The position numbers and the translations under genes were made by a program. A stretch of 64,000 nt of DNA from Macrostomum lignano (lineage: Eukaryota): positions 901,812 through 965,811 of the forward strand of contig NIVC01000110.1 in the NCBI GenBank assembly GCA_002269645.1, written 5' to 3'. Position 1 is the stretch's first letter. Every line of letters begins with the position of its first letter. The notes under the pieces were generated by a model. That model was not told the DNA's origin. It worked only from the letters and a program-made list of their open reading frames with translations, and ran no database searches. Below, in pieces: positions 61,001-64,000 of the stretch.

Positions 61001-63465
61001 TCCCTTACTCTAGCTAGTGCACATTCAAGCCGCTCAATCCCTTACCCTAGCTAGTGTACATTCAAGCCGCTCAATCCCTAACCCTAGCTAGTGTGCATTC
61101 AAGAACATGCATTCCCTTACACTAGCCAGTGTACATTCAAACCGCTCAATCCCTTACCCTAGCTAGTGTACATTCAAACCGCTCAATCCCTTACCCTAGC
61201 TAGTGTACATTCAAACCACTCAATCCCTTACCCTAGCTAGTGTACATTCAAGCCGCTCAATCCCTTACCCTAGCCAGTGTACATTCAGAACATGCAATCC
61301 CTTACTCCAACGAGTACATTCAGCAACCATCTCCACCCTGCTTCCGCTTACCCCTTCGCTATCAGACGACTCGAAGCGCACATTCCGGGCATTGTGCGCA
61401 TCAGATCCAGTGAAATCTGCTTCCGATGCTTGGCCACAATATCCGACTCCGTGGCCCGTTGCACCAACCCGGAATAGTACTGTTGGCCTCGCACAGACCG
61501 GATCTCTTGCACCTGGGCGTGGATTAGCTCACGCCACACGGCTGACCGGTACATCCGCGGAATGCCGCCTCGTATTAAGCTTTTAAGCTCGGTCTGTGAA
61601 AGGACACCAATTCCATTTAGTGAGTGCGCCTAATCGATTGTGTTTATTAATAGCTTATTTTACCGTCTTTGTGAAAGATCTATTAGAAGCAATGAATGAC
61701 TTCCAATGCCTCTGATGCTCGTCGTATCTGTCTAGAGTTGTAGCGTAGTGCTCGTGCAGCTGCCTGCTGATGTAGTGCAGCTGCATTGATTCGCTCTCCT
61801 GGCTGTGGCGGAAGCCGTAGCTGTCCACGTGACCGTCTGGGGACACCAGGCTGCGGGTGGGAGCAAAACTCGATGAGAACGAGTGCAGTTGTCTAGGAGC
61901 TGGGGGCTGGGGTGAGGCACTGAGGGTAAGGCACTGTTGCTATGGTCTCGGGTTCATGTTGCTATGGTTGGGGATGAGACATTGGGGGTTAGGCACTGTG
62001 GATGAGGCCATGAGGCACTGGGGGTGAGGCATACTGGAAGTGAGGCACTGGGATTGAGGCACTGGGGTGATCAGGCACTGGGGTGAGACACTGAGGGTGA
62101 GGCACTGGGGTGAGGCACTGGGATTGAGGCACTGGAGCTGAAGTAATGAGCGCTGAGACTGAGAGCCATAGTAATTAGTAGTTGCGTTAAAAAATTGAAA
62201 TAGCAAAAGAAAATCATGGCAATATAGGATTATCCTATTGATAACTCATTGATAGGCCAATCCCCAGAGCAGTTATTGCTAGCAGAAATTGCTGATCAAT
62301 AAACGAATTCAAACTAGTTGTGTTCCGCCAAGCCTTTGAAAGACTCAGGGCTGCTAGTACTAAGAAAACACATTGGGACTTGCCTTTCAGAGACGGAAGT
62401 GGCACAGAGAGAAGGATTTTGCCCACACAATGCGTCTTTAGTGTCCTAAATCAACCCCGTATAAAAGTGCATGGACGAAGTGGAAATGCCCTTGTGTGTG
62501 AATTTTTCTGCGATTGTTTCTCGTTATTACTAAGCTTGAAGAACTATAAGTTCAAAACAAAAATTACCTTTCAAAAGTTGGCAGCCGTGGATTAACAACG
62601 CGAGCCTCTTCTAGGAGCTCCCTAAGCCGTTCCTTGTGACGCCCGCCGCCATATAGATTGAGTTCGATGCCGTCTGACACGTCTCCAGTTGGCACAGTGA
62701 TGCAGGATTGCAACAGGAACAAGTAGTCTCGTTTCCAGTTCTCCAGCTGCAGCTTGTGCTCGCGAAACAATCTTTAGGGTTATTGGGATTAGTAGCTTCA
62801 TATATGCCTTTTACTAGTTATTGTAGCACAGGAATTCCGTTGAATTTACGAGCTATTCTTAGGTGTCCCTTCGTGAAATGTGCATTCTCTTGGGCCACTC
62901 CCTTTACTCTGGCGTTCCTTCGTAAATTGTACATTCTCTTTGGCCACTCCCTATATTCTGGCGTCCCTTCGTCAATTGTACATTCTCTTTGGCCACTCCC
63001 TTTAATCTGGCGTTCCTTCGTCAATTGTACATTCTCTTTGGCCACTCCCTATATTCTGGCGTCCCTTCGTCAATTGTACATTCTCTTTGGCCACTCCCTT
63101 TAATCTGGCGTTCCTTCGTCAATTGTACATTCTCTTTGGCCACTCCCTTTAATCTGGCGTTCCTTCCTCAATTGTACATTCTCTTTGGTCACTCCCTGTA
63201 CTCTGGCGTCCCATCGTGATGTACTTCAGATCCGGTTTTCATATTTAGACATTCAACCACCTCTCCAACTAGCTGTAAAACGAAAGTAAAAAGCAAATCT
63301 GATTACTTGTCCTGATTTCGAAACTTCTCCTGTTCCATGTGTCTCAGCGAGGTGATTCGTCGAACTTCGCTGTTCACAAATCGATTGTTATTCTGCAGTA
63401 CGCGGCACTGCTCCTCTAGGTGGCGCAGGTTGTCCGATTTCTCTTTTATCCAGTCTAGCATGGCT
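53934..63465 (-). CDS. TBC1D2-like Rab-GAP with a C-terminal beta-propeller-like region; the 5' end lies beyond the window
   Basis: Exons (minus): 63307-63465, 62568-62771, 61664-61850, 61352-61593, 60180-60869, 58536-58688, 58351-58451, 56540-57492, 55662-55752, 53934-54098. Phases are consistent apart from two +1 nt fixes. QNNNRFVNSEV resembles the TBC1D2 coiled coil; TBC motifs VDSYGF, LKSLIRGGIP..YRSAVW, QISLDLMRT, NPSVGYCQGMN, AFWLL, NWFL, LLRLWDCFLLEGPKVLFRFALA. Confidence 0.85.
54238..54523. repeat. 41-bp minisatellite interrupted by the mariner
   Basis: Unit GTCTAAAAATAGCATATACCACAGCTTTAATGAATCCTTGT; period 41; degenerate continuation after 55490. Confidence 0.9.
54524..55485 (-). 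mobile_element. Internally deleted mariner (DD34D), 962 bp, in the last intron of the TBC gene
   Basis: Perfect 27-bp TIR CGAGGGTCATCCCAAAAGTTTCAGCAA. Transposase remnants on minus: EQRSYIK..VYDWYSRFKNGR (55287 down), then HDNA..PHPPYSPDLSPCDF with D34D spacing. There is an in-frame TGA at a Trp codon, and the central region with the first Asp is missing. Confidence 0.92.
55845..56490. repeat. 28-bp minisatellite in a TBC intron
   Basis: Unit CAGTTGCTGGGCCAGCCTCCCAGATCCT; about 23 copies. Confidence 0.95.
57510..58115. repeat. (AATC)n microsatellite
   Basis: About 600 bp of AATC with variants, directly upstream (on the transcribed minus strand) of the acceptor at 57493. Confidence 0.97.
58700..59315. 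repeat. Compound GAGATT-based minisatellite (14/28-bp units)
   Basis: GTGAGATTTGAGGGTGAGATTGGATAGA repeats abutting the acceptor at 58689. Confidence 0.92.
60965..61325. repeat. 37-bp minisatellite
   Basis: Unit TACATTCAAGCCGCTCAATCCCTTACCCTAGCTAGTG; a related degenerate GTACATTCAAGG array lies at 59740-60160. Confidence 0.9.
62860..63215. repeat. 49-bp minisatellite
   Basis: Unit TCGTCAATTGTACATTCTCTTTGGCCACTCCCTTTAATCTGGCGTTCCT; period 49 (62941 vs 62990). Confidence 0.92.
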
Positions 63466-64000
63466 CTGTGTGGAAATTCAGAGATTGGGTTGGCTGTACT
63501 TCAAGTTACTTTTAAGTACAACAATAGGAAACGGAAGAGCTACTTAGCAAGTTTTCAGTCATTAACAAGAACTCCAAACAATCAAAGCGCTGGAGTTCTG
63601 GCTGTTTAGGTTAGGATTAGGTTTTTTAGTGTTAAGGTTATTTTTAGAGACTGCAGACAATTTTTGGTCCTTAAAATGTGATCCTGTCAGTCAAAGCTCA
63701 AAAGTCGCATAGACCATTGATCACCATACATGCACGAGCAATCTCTTACAACTAAATAAAACCGCCTCATCTCTTAGGCCTCCAAGTACTTTAGGAATCT
63801 ACAGCAGAAACTGTTGCTAAGTCGGTTTTACTGGAAAAATCTGGTTGAAAAAATACAGCAGACTTCGAAGGCTTGTCTCTAAGCATGAGAATGCACTCAC
63901 GATTCGGACTTGAACCTCGGCGGCCCGGCGGCGCGAGTGACGTTAAATCTGAGGCTCTGAAAGATTGGCGTTGTGTCGGGAAATCGTGACTTCTTTAGCT

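Overview
Eukaryotic (metazoan) genomic DNA with GC-rich spliced exons and AT-rich introns full of minisatellites. A 38-nt intron and the general style fit a flatworm, but that is inference only. Genes reconstructed by hand from GT-AG junctions: (1) the 5' part of a calpain (minus strand, runs off the left edge); (2) an intronless TAF4 (minus); (3, 4) two tandem hnRNP U-like SPRY + P-loop paralogs with RS-rich tails (plus); (5) an intact ankyrin-repeat + Mab-21/cGAS-like nucleotidyltransferase (cGLR candidate, plus); (6) a TBC1D2-like Rab-GAP with a C-terminal beta-propeller-like region (minus, runs off the right edge). Mobile DNA: a young 9.9-kb foldback-type Mutator (MULE) with a perfect 9-bp TSD, TIRs built from 183-bp tandem arrays and a transposase-Ulp1 protease-PHD gene; a 1.55-kb hAT derivative with a 5-bp TSD; a deleted DD34D mariner with a non-TA flank; nested MITEs; a dispersed hAT-like MITE family with purine/pyrimidine cores; a tRNA-derived SINE; and a degenerate 28S rRNA fragment spanning the R2/I-PpoI site. 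Four reading frames each need one extra base in a short homopolymer, which suggests consensus errors. No database searches were run; family calls rest on recognised motifs.
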